Counted from the stretch's first letter, positions 14,621-27,594 are shown. The stretch is DNA of 64,000 nt from Marsupella aquatica (GCA_973895155.1 OZ316893.1:23396015-23460014), one strand, 5' to 3'. The notes: generated from the sequence alone by a model not told the origin. Numbers and translations: made by a program.

Positions 14621-17401
14621 TTCTTTACAGACCTCACCTTGACATCCTTCCCTCACCCTTGACATCTTTTGTATTTGTTGTCTTTTGTATTTCAAGTGCA
14701 TTTTGAATACTGTATATGGCTAGAGTTTGCTAGCCAAAAGTGGAGTCCCAAAATTGAGTTTTGATGAACCAAATTCTGGCTTGCGAGGGGCTAACTTTCC
14801 CAGCTAAGTGGGGGTTTTCTACTCGTAAGAGTATATTTTCTCCAAATGGAATTGTTTCCTCGTAGCATGTTTCCTCGTAGCATGTTTCCTCGTAATACTC
14901 ACATACTAGTAAACCCCGATACTAGTCAGCTGTCAATAAGGAGTTAGTAACTATTACTAAGACGATTGTTAGGGGAAGGCAAACTTTTGCAAGCTCTAAA
15001 ATTAGTGTTAGTAACACCAACTACTCTAAACGAGGCAAAGTATAATCGTGAGCTAAAAATATCTACTGTAGGACTGTAGTCAGTGAGGGCTATTTTGGTG
15101 CCGGCCCTTTGTTCTTAGCTACTCTAGGTAACTTCCTAGCGGTAGCCGTAGACGTGAGTGCCTCAAAAGCTGCAATCTCGTCATCTGTAATAAGACAAGG
15201 AACAGTCTTATTTTGGCTTTGTTTTTATGGCCCGTCACAAGCGAAGAGGGTGGTGGAAGGAACCCCTTATCTGTTGCAGGATAGCAACAGGGTCAGTTAC
15301 TCGTCCTCCAATGATTCTCAATGAATTCTGCTGTACCCACTGGCCACTTCTAGAGGGGGGACCAAATCCACTTGTACATGCTTTCATATGACTTCCACAG
15401 TAATGAAGTTAGTTAATGACAATCATATGAAAATTCCACAGTAGGGTTGGACTCTGTAAGTTGTTCAGCGGACTTGGCATCACCATCAAAGACACCTCAA
15501 GGAAGGGAACAGTGGGTGTCAGTTGTTCTACAAAGGGCTCTGCAAGTTGGATGAGTTGGGCTTCAAACCCAAAGTGAAGTTTAAATTGATATAGGAGTCT
15601 GTCGCTCTATAAAGAGGGACATTACAATGTATAACTACTATGTGATGAGTTGAACAAAGTTTATTTTTTCGATGTTTAGAAGGGCACCAACGACCCAAAA
15701 CTCCTTCAAAGAGTACATAGAATGGGTGACATTTTTATTTTTTCTACTTTAATTAATTTTCCATGCAATTTACTTGGGCCATCGGTTTTCAATCCGAGAT
15801 TTGCAAGAATATTGGGGCAACATCTGAAAGAAAAACCTTATGATACAATGTGGGACTTAGAGTGTTCTCCGTTGTAGCTTTTAGAGCAGGAGTAATATAA
15901 TATCGTGACACTGGAGCTTAATAATTAAAAAGTCAAATGAAACAAACTAATTTCTGGTCTATGCAAGCTTATGAAGAGATCGTGTCATTTTGTTATTTGT
16001 TTAATAATAGCATGTGCCCCTTTAATAGTGTACAAGCAATAGTTCATTAATTCTCAGGAGGTGGGAGAGTTGGAAACTGACGCTTTTGTAAAGAGATATA
16101 TGCTTGATGGGCCCTCTGGTGAACCTTTTTTACCTGATGGGCCCCTAGGTAACTATTTTTACCAAGTAGGACCCCTCTTAATGACCAGTACACCTGTTCT
16201 TGTGTGGTGCCTACACCTGTCCTTGTGTGGTGCCTACTATGTATGGTGACTCCAAGCAAACTGCATAGTTGAACCGTGCGATCACCCTTGCATGATCGAC
16301 CGAGAAACCATGGAGATGATTCGAGAGAAATCGTGAAAAGAGACTGCCCTTATCAAAACTATGATTTGAAGACAATATACATTATGTCTTCGGATTCAAT
16401 GGGTTAATGTCTGAAGACTCAATGTATTATGTCTTCCCGTGTTTCAAGGTTTAGGGTTTAGGGTGTACCCTGACACCTTTGGGTCTGTCTTCTTTTGAAA
16501 TTGTTTGTATGCATTGCACAGGGAGTATTACCATTTTTTGAACGCAATTGTCAATCATTTGCCAATTTTTGTTGTGGCGGCACCCTTACTTTGTTGTTTT
16601 GCTACCCTACTCTTCAGGCACCCTTACTTTGTTCTTACCAGGGTTTCCAAGAGGTATTTGCTTGATCAACCCTCAAAATGAAAGTTGTTACTTGATAGAC
16701 CCCCTGAGATCTATCAACGGTCCAGATCTGAGTTTGAAATGTCCATCAATGGTCCAGATTGGAGAAAAGTATGGAGACTTGGAGAGGGTTGATTAGCTAC
16801 TAAGCATATTCTCGTATTTCCAACCTAGCATAGATTGTTTGTCCCGTTCATTTCATCATTTGGTCGGTGCCGTGCTAGTGTTCTACAGTAGTGCTGTGCG
16901 GATCGTGTCGGTCGAATACTCGAATATGCGTCCTTCCCAAATTCTAAATTAGAGTGGGTGAGAACTGAACTTAGAAAAGCACAGAGAACTTACTCACAAT
17001 TACGCGTTTCGAATCGAATCTACCTCGAGGAATGCGCCCGTCAGCTGCTCTGCTAGGCGCACCACAGGACGGTGCAGCCCACGATCGTCCTCGCCAATCG
17101 GCCCAATCCTGTCCCCTCTTCCCTCCCGTCCAGATTCCACCTTCCCCAGAGCTTCACTCCCCTCGCCCTCCCAGATTGGATCGACTCCGTCGTCAACAGA
17201 AGTCACGCTTCGGTTCTGTAAATCAATTTCATGATTACTCACCAGCAGTACTGTACAGTGGTCAGCAAGCAATGTGTTTCTGCAGCCCGATCCTGATCCG
17301 ATCATTGGAATCGTGCCACCCTGCCTGCGTTTGCCCTGCCCCCACCGCCCCACCCCGATCGGTCTGACTCCCGGCCGTAAAGTCAGGGGCCCGCCCCGCT
17401 C

Positions 17402-17414
17402 CATATATATAAAA
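17402..17414 (+). promoter_or_regulatory. TATA box of the ASR gene
   Basis: catatatataaaa, preceded by GC-rich boxes (ggggcccgccccgc), ~250 bp upstream of ATG 17660. Confidence 0.65.
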
Positions 17415-17659
17415 CTCTCGAGGCGGGCCCTTTGGTGACACATCGTTTTGACACATAGATCAGTTTTCTCATAACGGATTGAACTGCCAAAACGCTTTTC
17501 TGAATTTCCCAATTTGTTGTACTCCGTTTTCGGAGAGGAGGAGCGAGTCATCGACCTGCATTGCTGAATTGTACCTTTGATTACTTCCCCGAGGCTCCAT
17601 CGATTACGCTGTGAGAGTGTGGGACTGAGAGAGGTCGGAGGCAAAGCCAATCTACAATC

Positions 17660-19012
17660 ATGTCGGACGAGTATGGGCGCAACGAGCGACACCACCATCA
17701 ACGTAGGGAGAATGAGGATGAGTATGGTGCACCTCCGCCCCGACGCAACGAGGAGTCGGAGTACGGCTACCAGCAGCCGCCCCGGCGGAACGAGGAGTCG
17801 GAGTATGGCTACCAGCAGCCACCCCGGCGGAACGAGGAGTCGGAGTATGGCTACCAGCAGCCGCCCCGGCGGAACGAGGAGTCGGAGTATGGCTACCAGC
17901 AGCCTCCCCGACGCCAATCCGAGTATGAAGGCGAGGAGGGAGGCTACGGAAATCGCCCGCCAAGGCACCAGGAGGGCGGGTACAGCGAGGGGGGATACTC
18001 GCAGGGTGGGTATGGAGGTGGCAGACCAGTCGTGGAGACAGCAACTTATCAGCAGACCTATGAGACTGATCAAGGTATCGCCACCAGCAAAGTAGAGGTG
18101 ACGAAACACAAGCGGGAGGAGGAAGTCGCCGGACTTGGAGGATTGGCCGCTGGCGCCTATGCACTGGTATGAAAATCATTGTGGCTTCATCCTTTCGATC
18201 GACTGCATTTTATCAAAATTTGCTCATTCATCGTGCATGGAACTGTTCGATAGTCGACTGTGATTGTGAGGGACTGCATAAGACAATCAGATCTGGAAAC
18301 GCTGTCGTGCATTATGACCGATGATTGCGTTCAAAAGTAATTGTGTGAAGCTAGAAGTGTAATGCGGCACACATCTTTGTTCTAGTCTGCGACTTTGTGT
18401 TGTACAGCAGGGTGTGGAATGATGTGCACATCAATTCATCGGTCCTTGAGTTCAGTCAAGTCATTCAAATTGGATCGGCGTGGTTCGATCGTGCATGTGG
18501 ATACGACTATGGATAAAAGGGCCTGGACTCTGTTCGGACCAGTAGTTTAGTGCATTTTCCCTGTGACTTGCTCTCTTTATTTCCTTGCAGGAACAAAATC
18601 AATTCTGGGTTTTAGATTTTTGTTGTCCCTTCGTTCCCCTGATCGCACTATTCAGAGAGATTATTTCTCTGCTGTTTCTATCAGTTCTTTCACGAACTTA
18701 GCTCTGCTGTGGATCCGCCTTTAAAGATACTGTATAATTGTGTCTGCTCAGTTGAAGTTGTTTAACGTTTAATTGACAACTGTTCTGTTAACTGTCTGCT
18801 TGCAGTATGAGGCTCATGAGGCGAAGACGGATCCTGAGCATGCCGGCAGGCACAAATTAGAGGCCGAGATTGCGGGGGCAGGGGCGCTGGGAGCTGGGGG
18901 ATTTGCAATTTACGAGCACCACGAGAAGAAGGAATCAAAGGAGCAGCTGGAGGATTACGAGGACAAACTGACCGAGCAGTCGGGAGAGAAGAAGCACGGT
19001 TGGTTTGGTTAA
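17660..19012 (+). CDS. ASR: ASR (abscisic acid/stress/ripening, ABA/WDS domain) protein with N-terminal 14-aa repeats; exons 17660-18166, 18806-19012; 237 aa
   Basis: Splicing CTG|gtatga...tgcag|TAT joins HKREEEVAGLGGLAAGAYAL to YEAHEAKTDPEHAGRHKLEAEIAGAGALGAGGFAIYEHHEKKE, the ABA/WDS signature. The intron is at the position I recall as usual for ASR genes. Confidence 0.9.
17744..17911 (+). repeat. Coding minisatellite, 4 x 42 bp (RNEESEYGYQQPPR) plus degenerate flanking units
   Basis: cg(c/g)aacgaggagtcggagta(c/t)ggctaccagcagccnccccg(g/a) x4. Differences fall at third codon positions of the ASR frame. Confidence 0.95.
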
Positions 19013-19510
19013 AAAGGATTAACTACCACACCTCAAGCGGAGCCAACGGAACTAAAGTGAGGAGAGTCTCTGTGTTTTGTACAGATCTTGCAGGGAAGGA
19101 TCAGCCTTCGTCTCTGCATGCAGCATAGTGAAGTTCAAGGCTTCTGCCACCATGGGAATTGGACTCGGAAGTTACTCTAGCTAGTAGTAGAGGACTCGGA
19201 TCTGAAAGGCTTGGCCCTATGGGTATTTGAGAAGCAATAAAACTCGTCACCTTGACAGAGTCTTTTTCCAAATCTGGTTTTGAGTTACAATTTTGTCACT
19301 TCTGTCGCGCCCGCGGCTGAATTGTTCTGGGCTTATGGGCGGATCGAATCAAGCATGTTCTGTATCGCAAGCTGATTATAGACGAGTCGATCGACGAGTC
19401 GATCGCGAGCGAGCTGCCCAACTCAAGACGTTCCCTGTCTACGGAGGGAGTTTGGATGTTGAGCTGCATTGTGATTCCGTGTGTTCGATGTTGTCAATGA
19501 TGATTACAAA

Positions 19511-19900
19511 AGCGCTGAACTCTATCTACATCGGGACATGTGTCCATGACAACCTGACGACCGTAAAGAGTGAAGTCACTCCTTGAGTTTACTCGTTTAG
19601 CCTTTTTGATTACTCTGCGCTGAATTTTTCATCGGGACATGACGTTGTTGATGACAACGTGATGACCGTAAAAGTGGAGTTCAACTTCTTGATGTTACTC
19701 GTTGAACGATTTTGATGTCCCTGTATTTAATCATGTCAAAGATAATGACTCGTGCCCTGAACTCTGCATCCGGACATGTGCCCATGAGAACGTTACGACC
19801 GTGAAAAGCGCTGAACTCTGCATCCGGACATGTGCCCACGAGAACGATACGACCGCAAAGAGTGGTGTCCGACTCCTTGTTTTCACTCGTTGAGCGTGTT
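19511..19900. repeat. Degenerate tandem array, 4 units of ~50-140 bp
   Basis: Core ctgaa...catc(c/g)ggacatg...gacc(g)(t/c)...aa recurs at ~19511, 19617, 19756 and 19808; three units carry the ...actcgtt tail. Confidence 0.8.
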
Positions 19901-21259
19901 TTCGGTTCTCTTGTGCATTACACTGTCATCACTAGATGATCTTGTTCTAAATTACAAAGAACTCGAAGCGCCGGCGCTTCAAGTCGATGAATCGATCTTG
20001 CTGACGTATTCTACCACGATAATGTTTCAATACGCTCTGAATCTATCCATCTTAAACCTCAATGCACAAGGTCATGCGTGATGATTTTGCTGCTAAAGAA
20101 CGACGTCCGAAGATTGTTTTCAAAGCGAAAAAAATTACGCGACTTGAAGAGGACGTCCCCCGCCTGACAACGCCCTTCTAAACTATGGCCCACTGTTTTA
20201 TCTCTTACTGATGAAGCAAATTTCTGTAGTCACTTCATTCATAATCACTGATCGACTTGAACACTTAACATTCCTGTTTCAGGATATCTGTGACAGTGAT
20301 TTTTGTGACGTTTTCGTCAGTTTGCTGCAAATTCAAGTCATTCTCGTTCCCTGATAATCACTAATGTGCACCGCTTCTTCACCTCTTGCCGTCACAATGA
20401 AGCACACGCTAAGTATTCAATCGCACATACCACCGCACCGATAAACTCCCCCTTTCACTCATTGCCCAGCAGGAATATTTAAGTGTTCCATCACTGTCTC
20501 AAAGCAATCTAAATGGATGCGAAGGCACCGACTCAATCGAAGGTGTGAGAATTCGATTCAATTCCCGACAATTAGACAAAGTCGAGTTGTACAGTTCTCA
20601 TCTGCATCACTTTTCACGATAAGAGGAGTAGGCCACAGAATACACCAACACAGAAACCTTGAATGTAGAAATACTCTCAGTTCACCAATTTGTACATCAT
20701 CAATTCCCTAAGTTGAACAGTAAGAGATTGTACTCCATATGCTAATAAATGCTGATCCTTAATCATTCTGATCCTCTGTTGTGAATGAGTGCATTGTTTC
20801 CCGAGATCTCTACCGCCCTAAATGCCGGTGAGGAGGGAGGGACGGGATACTTGAATCTTGAGGTTTAGGTCATTGACTACAGGGTGGTTGCTTGAAGATT
20901 AGCAAAGCTTCTCGTCCCTCCCCTCCTCAGCGGACTGTTGCTGCCGGACATCGTGCATTGGGGGTGAATTTCGGGGGCACCTCGATAGTCAATCCTCCTT
21001 GTGATTGGAACCGGGAAGAGAGATCACTCGAGAACACATTCCCCATTAGGCATCATTCCCTCCATGAGGTCGGACAACGAGCACTCGAATCCGCTTGTCC
21101 AATAATCAACACTCTTCGTACTTCTCTACCCGTTACCTATTCGTCGTGAGACGCCGCATTCAGAGATCAGAGTCACTCAAGTGCTGGACAACGGCAGACG
21201 AGCATCGTCAGCGGCTCCATTATGGATTTTGATCTAGCTGCATTGATGCACGATCTAGC

Positions 21260-23033
21260 TCAGAAAGTGTCACAATCGGATGGAAGCCCTGCAGCAGACA
21301 CCTCGGCGAGCCGGTGGTTCCAGGGATTAACGCCGACATACTGGAGGGGATGCGTAGTTTCATTCCAGGTGCGAACCAACTCCATCGACGACAGATCTTT
21401 GTGTTGAAATCCCATATATGCCAGGACTTGGTTGTCGGCGAAGTTGAAAGCTCTGTTGAAGTTCTCCATACACTCCTCGTAGGAGTACCTGGGATTGGTG
21501 CCGCCATTGCAAGGAGCGCATCCGGTGAAGTGCGTGACGAACGGCCACCTGCAATCGCCCAAGCCCGGATGGTACCTGGACATGTACTTCTCGTAGTTTG
21601 GCACGATATCGACCCAGTAACCGTGGAGCTTGTACTCCCTCTCGATCAGCTTGACCTTGTCCATGACCTCTTTGTCCGATAGCATTACGTACATGAGAGC
21701 AGACTGGTCGTCCGCCGGGGAAGGATCTCTGTTGGTGAGAAACGAAGCGAGGAACTTGCCTGCCTCGGCTCGGATCTTCCCCAGAGGTCCCAAGGGAGAC
21801 CACTTGTCGATTAGATCGAGACTCCATTGACAGTTCCGGATGAGAAAGACCCCGTCGTTGACTGCCACCCAGTCCTTCTTCACCAAGCCATCCATCCAAC
21901 TCCACAACACCATGTTGTACTCACCGTAGTTGTGGAAGGGGATCTCGAACAGCATGTCGGTGAAAACAGCATCACTGTCCATCCAAATCAGCCACTCCGT
22001 TTCGGGATGTGATAACATTAGGCTGCGAATGATGGGCAGCTTTGACCACACACCTGTGAACTTGGGGTCCAGAAACAAGAAATTGTTGAAAATCTCAAAA
22101 TTGTGAATCCGTGCATAGTCTATCTTGTTCTTGAGAGCTTTGAGGTGGAAGTGGTCTCCTCCTGCATGGTCGCAAGGACTTGGTTGGGATCCCGTGATCA
22201 GCAATACACGAGGTTTTGCATCTTCTGTCGTCTTCATGCGAGGGTTCTCGTCCAGCCAACCCCTCCGCTGTTGGTCCCAATCTTTGATGGGGACTGGTCC
22301 CAGGAGGTGGGGAGTTTTTGTGAAAAAACGGTCCCCTTCCACCCACGTCTCTACCTCTTCCTCAATTTGCAGCTCGTCGTCGACCTGTAGCAATGCAAGC
22401 GCGAACGATTTTCAGATGTGGAAGTCAGGTTGGCCGTGAAGTGGTTTCCCCCTCCCACAAGCTAAATTGCAAGCATTTGTCAACTCCTAGGATGTTCTAG
22501 GAAACAAAGCGGACACCACTTATAAGCAGACCTCTCAAAATCGTTCAGATGTCTTCCAAAATCGACACATTTGATAGAAACCTTTGTAGAGAGGAGGGAG
22601 ACTTTGGGTCCTTTGTTTCTGTCTGTAGAATACCATCTACTCTGAACGAGTTCGGATTTCCATAATTAAAAGCATTCACGCAAGGAAATTTTCTACATAC
22701 AAATACTGTCAACATTAATTCCTAATAGCTTCGGGAAATAATCGCCGGACTGACTAATGATATTTTCTCCAAGAGCCGCCATTTGTAGACAATCACCTGG
22801 AGCAGCTCGCGATCGGTGGAGTCATGTTGTGCCAAGCTCTTTTGGAAACTAGATGTCGAGTGCAGCTCGAGGTTGATCCGCTCAAGATCGTCTGGCAGCT
22901 GCGTGGATGCATTGGCCGTAGCTGCAATGAAATGTTGACTCACGAGAGCATACTGGAGCGAGACAGTGATCCATAAGACGCAGCACACTCTGTTACAAAG
23001 GCACCCGCTGAACAGCCTCACAGTCTTCTCCAT
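21260..23033 (-). CDS. Glycosyltransferase family 34 (xyloglucan 6-xylosyltransferase / galactomannan galactosyltransferase-like); exons 23033-22797, 22384-21260; 453 aa
   Basis: Motifs PRVLLITGSQPSPC, KNKIDYARIH, WSKLPIIRSLMLSHPETEWLIWMDSDA (DxD), FLIRNCQWSLDL, DDQSAL, WPFVTHFTGCAPC and RAFNFADNQVL. The upstream exon encodes an N-terminal hydrophobic anchor and joins in phase 0 (CAG|gtgatt...ctacag|GTC). Confidence 0.9.
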
Positions 23034-24230
23034 CTTCGTCTCACTAACGATCCAGCTCCTTCAAACGTTAAAAGCTAGCTCTCTCTGAAGCTCAGCATCA
23101 CTCCCGAACAAGAGCTGAAGTTTCTGGATCGATCACTCCCATACAAACATTATCTCATCTGGCAAGAACCACTACTGATGAGTTTCGTAGAGCTCGAAGA
23201 CAATCTCGATGGTCTGCAGGTCCTTGATTACCTGGCCAGCAGCCCACCGAAAGCCCACTACCCTCCAGATCGCAATGCTAAACAATCCTACCTTCCTTCA
23301 ACTTCTAGCCGACAACTCTTGTCAACTAGACGACCTCAAGGATTTGGCAGTGAGCCGGCATTGATGCGCATGATCGCCACCCAGCTGCTCTGTTGTTCCT
23401 CCTGCTGCTGCAGATTGATGAGAATCACCTTCACGAGAAAAACGAACTTGATCGATCGATGAATGAGCTGTTTTTGTGTGGAGTTTTCAATCGACAGTGC
23501 AACTGTTGAGCAGAGGGAATGTGCTCGAGACAAGTGAGCTGTGAGCACAGAGGCCGAGTAGACGACAAATTGTGCTCAAGGTGAGTGAGCAGTGAGGGTG
23601 ATCTGGGGCGAAGCTTATGTGAGATCGCTGAGTTCTATATTTGCCATAAAAGAATTCTCTCCAAGAAAAACGGAAGGTTCTCTGAGGCTTTGTCAGAATA
23701 GAGCTTTTAAAATAATGGTCGTTGAAGTTACTGCAGTAGGTAAGTGATTAAAGAACTTTCTGCTCAAGTCGTCTGGAAACTCTGGAAGGTGAAAATTTTG
23801 AACTGGCAGCTCGAGTCTCCTGGAACTCTGGATGGACGCGAATTGTGCGCACTGTTGCTCGAATTTTCAATCTGAACGTCCAGACTCAGGACTCCATAGC
23901 CTGACACTAACGAGAGTGCTCAGTGCTGGCTATTTCTGTACAGTGGTCCTTCAATTGCATCAAGCCGCCAGAGAGCTTCCTCTGATGTCACGAACACGAC
24001 TATGTGTGGAAAAAAGCGACTATTTGTGGAAAAAAGCTTTTTTTCTCTGGTCACGTGAATTTATTGATGACTGCCATAGTTATGAATCGGAGTTCGTGGG
24101 TGTTCGTAGTTTGTGCCTTCTCTTTTTTGGTACCTCCAATGAGTCATCATTTACTACTTAATTACTCTCGGTGACTCAGTCCTTTCTCCCAGCTTTGTAG
24201 AGCGTTAAGTAGGGGGGTCAATCATAGGGT

Positions 24231-24288
24231 ATATTGTACCACGTCAAATCCTTTACAGTAAATCCTTGTTTGCAACGTGGTACAATAT
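24231..24288. repeat. Perfect 14-bp inverted repeat with 30-bp spacer
   Basis: atattgtaccacgt (24231-24244) and acgtggtacaatat (24275-24288). Confidence 0.85.
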
Positions 24289-25423
24289 CAATATTCAAAA
24301 AATTAGTAAAACAAAGAATACACTTTGTTACAGCAAAATAAAACCAAATACCTGCCTCCCAAAAAATCGAACTCTCAGGTCAGGTCAGGTGGAGCCTTGT
24401 TTAAATAGTGGGCCATAGTGCATTCTAGTGGAGTGCGCCCGGGGCATTGTATTCAAGTTTTGACTCCTGGCAGCATCTCATTGCCTGCCTAATGATTGGA
24501 TTTTAAAGAGTGTGCAACATGGAGTATGGGTTTGGCCATTCCAAAAGAGAGTTGTATATCCACATAATATCCAAATTATTTTGTTATAGAAATGTATCTA
24601 TATCAAATTCACAAGCGTTTTGAATATGACCTCCAGTTTGCATTAGATGTATATGTCTTTAGTGTCAATGTGACTCATTGCATATCAAATTTTAGGTGCA
24701 CATTATTGATGGGTGTCCTAGCAACTACACCAAACAGATGTAGAACTTTGCACTAATCTATTATACCTTAAATAAACATCAAAATGACCCAAAATGATTT
24801 TTGTGATGAGGGTGCTAAGTTGCACCTTCAGGTCCATCTCTTGCTTACCAGAAATGTCAACATGATAGAACAACAAGGGATGCTTCTCACCACAATTATA
24901 AATTTTCATAAAACAGACCTTGAGAATCAAGATGCATTCATACAAAGTCAATAGTAAGTTGTCATTCATGATATTAAGTGGTTCATGCACCATCAGTCTT
25001 AGTATCCACCCCCCCCCTTTCCAACAACAAGAAACTGTGGATAGGGTTTTTGTTTAGAAAATGGCAAAGAAATGGATGAAGTATGGAATGTTGTGTGTGA
25101 ATGAACCTGCTACAGGTTTATGCAGCTATATGGCTAATTTATACTTCTATCTGTTGTGCTCCATTTGTATTATTCAGATTTTGAATCTAGTGTGGCACCT
25201 CTCTTAATGTTTGTAATCTTTTCTACCTTAGATATCTTCTTCCCCACTAAGTTATGCTTTCAATTTTCTGCAACCAATCCCTTGAGAAAATTTCAAGGAA
25301 TTTGTACCATTTGAGAGAGATTCTATCTACTCTCATGAGTGAGAGAAAGAAATAATTGTAAGCACTGCGGACTCCTTGTATTTTACTCAACATGTTATAT
25401 TGTGTACTATTTAATGGTTTTGA

Positions 25424-26313
25424 CTAACCCAATGCATGTGCATTGCACAAAAGCTGTTGAGGTGAAAAAAGATCTCGAGGCAAAAAGAGGATGACAGTAT
25501 GTAAACAGTTGCCAATGAGAGAAAAAGATGTTGAGGTGAAAAGTGTGAAAAAGTTGTCAATGAGAGAAAAAGATGTCGAGATGAAAAAAAAGTTGTCGAT
25601 GAGATTAAAAGATCTTGAGACTAAAAAATGTCAAAGTGAAACAAATATGTTGAGGAGAGAAAAGATGACAAGGTGAAAAAAAGATGTAAAGATGATAAAA
25701 CATGTCAAGGAGAGAAAAGATGGCAAGGTGAAAAAAAGATGTAAAGATGATAAAACATGTCGGGGAGAGAAAAGATGTCGTGGTGAGGTAAAATTCTTAA
25801 TATTTTAAATATAGTTGCATATAAGGGGCAGGAAAATACAAAATTATCTCACTTTATCCCCTTCTTTGTTTTTCCCTACTATTTTCATTCTCCTCTTCCT
25901 CAAATTTGGTTCCTTGTTTTCCTTTTTCTGGCCCTCCCCCCTTTTGTCCTCCATGCCAATTTCTCCCTATCTTCTCCCTGATCTTTGGATAGTGTTTTAT
26001 CTTTATGAGAGTATAATAAGTGCACCCTTGTAAAGTTGTAGTCCCCATAAAAACCTTACTACAATTCATAATTGTATTTTCAAGTACAATGGTTCTTGTT
26101 CTCAGTTTTGTTATTGGAATGTCATTCTATCTTTATGTGTACCTTGGTCCATAGTGTAACTATTTCATACATCCTTCCTATTTTTAATGAATAATCAAAC
26201 GGTTACAAATAATCACCCAAATGATCTAATGGCTGTCATTCATTCCCACCCAAAATGCGTATTGTAACGGGACAAAAGCAAAAATGAACAAGATTCAATA
26301 TTATATATGTGGA
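25424..26313 (-). mobile_element. Non-autonomous Helitron-like element, copy 2, with internal minisatellite
   Basis: Minus strand reads a|tccacatatataatattgaatc ... tgtgcaatgcaca (hairpin) tgcattgggttag|t: an A|TC start, a near-CTAG end before T and no TSD. Homologous to 13728-14620. Internal aaaagatgt(c/t)gag-type repeats at 25455-25790. Confidence 0.6.
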
Positions 26314-26513
26314 TTAATTTGAGTGACCTCAAACAAGTGAGGATCTCTACATTTATACATAGCTTTTCATTACCTTTGTATCATTGAGTTATACTTTCCT
26401 GGTTATTAAGGCAAGTGAGTATATATACCTCATGTGCATAACTCTTTGGGTCAAGGTTTGGTAGCTTTGTATGATTACTTACTTTTCCTTGTCATAATGG
26501 ATGTATGGGCTAT

Positions 26514-26730
26514 TCTACTCTTGTATCCTATCACTCTCTAGGGATATACTTGGTGGCCACCCTAAGAGAAACAGTTTAGGTTGAGTTATTGAGCCTTGGA
26601 AAAGTTTCTCTCTACTTTTGTATCCTATCACTCTCTAGGATTTACTTGGTGGACACCCTAACGGAGAAGTTCACGTTGAGTTATTGAGCCTTGGAAAAGT
26701 TAAGGTTGAGTTATAGAGGTTTGGAAAGGT
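26514..26730. repeat. Tandem duplication, ~2 x 97 bp plus partial unit
   Basis: tctact(c/t)ttgtatcctatcactctctagg...tacttggtgg..accctaa....gttgagttattgagccttggaaaagtt occurs twice. Confidence 0.85.
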
Positions 26731-27160
26731 ATATGCTTGATGTGACCCTTGCCAAAACAAATTCAACTAAAACACCTCTACTAAACTTTTGTTATAAACT
26801 AGGCACAAAAATGTTATTACAAACTAGGCCCTTTACATAGGTTCCTTACACATGGTTCTTATGAGGTGCCTAATTTCATGGACAATAGTAGATTTTCACC
26901 ACAATCCATCGCACGCTATGTCATAGTCCACCATGTGTATGTCACATGATTATTTGTTGTTCAAAACTGGGTATCAGGTGTGCACCTCATGACTCAAAAT
27001 CACTTTAACCAAAATTAATGTTAGTACTACCAATTCTTACATAACACTAATAACAAGGAATAGTGTATCCAATATAGAAAATTAGTGCCCTTCATGATTT
27101 ATCTTTCTTTGTTGTTCTCTTTGGGGGGGGGGGGGGATCACCTCCGCAGAAGTGCCACAT

Positions 27161-27544
27161 CAGGTGCGACAAAGTATAGGGCCATTTAATTGGGTTTAAC
27201 AGAAGACTTCTGAAGTTTTGTGGAAGAATAATAGGGCCCGTTTTAATTATTGGGCCGCTTTAAGAACAATCGGCATTTTTAAAGATGAATGAAATTTACA
27301 AGATACTCAGCTTCATGGTCAAAATACATAAAATCTAGTGGAAATGTGGATCAATTTGCACCATTGGCTCTACACTATTGAGGTACTTTAATAGGCAATT
27401 TTTTAAAATCATCATAGAACTTTACATAAAGTTATAGGGGTAAAAAATTTCAAAAAATGGTCGCTTTTCAGAAGTAAGGGTGCGGGCAAAAACAATTTCA
27501 CTTAAAAGTTAGGGGGGACTCCAAACCATGAAATGTCGCACGTG
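27161..27544. mobile_element. Possible MITE with short TIRs
   Basis: caggtgcgaca at the left versus tgtcgcacgtg at the right (10/11 inverted match), with an AT-rich interior. TA flank on the right side only. Confidence 0.3.
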
Positions 27545-27594
27545 TAGAGCCCTACATATAGTGAACCCCCAGGCTGTTCTAGGGCATTTGTATA

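Noticed and set aside
16448-16464. tttagggtttagggt telomere-like repeat
   Set aside because: Only about two units; telo-box-sized words are common in plant intergenic DNA and do not indicate an interstitial telomere.
17744-17911. Regular direct repeats resembling a CRISPR array
   Set aside because: Units are contiguous with no unique spacers, lie inside a spliced eukaryotic CDS, and no cas genes are present.
17000-18179. Long overlapping ORFs (369 aa and 173 aa on minus, 172 aa on plus) across the ASR gene
   Set aside because: They are shadows of the GC-rich 42-bp coding repeat, which lacks stops in several frames. Unit differences are synonymous in the ASR frame, and no other frame has a recognisable domain.
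25491-25790. Lys/Glu-rich ORF (MREKDVE repeats)
   Set aside because: Translation of the minisatellite inside the Helitron-like element; frame not maintained.
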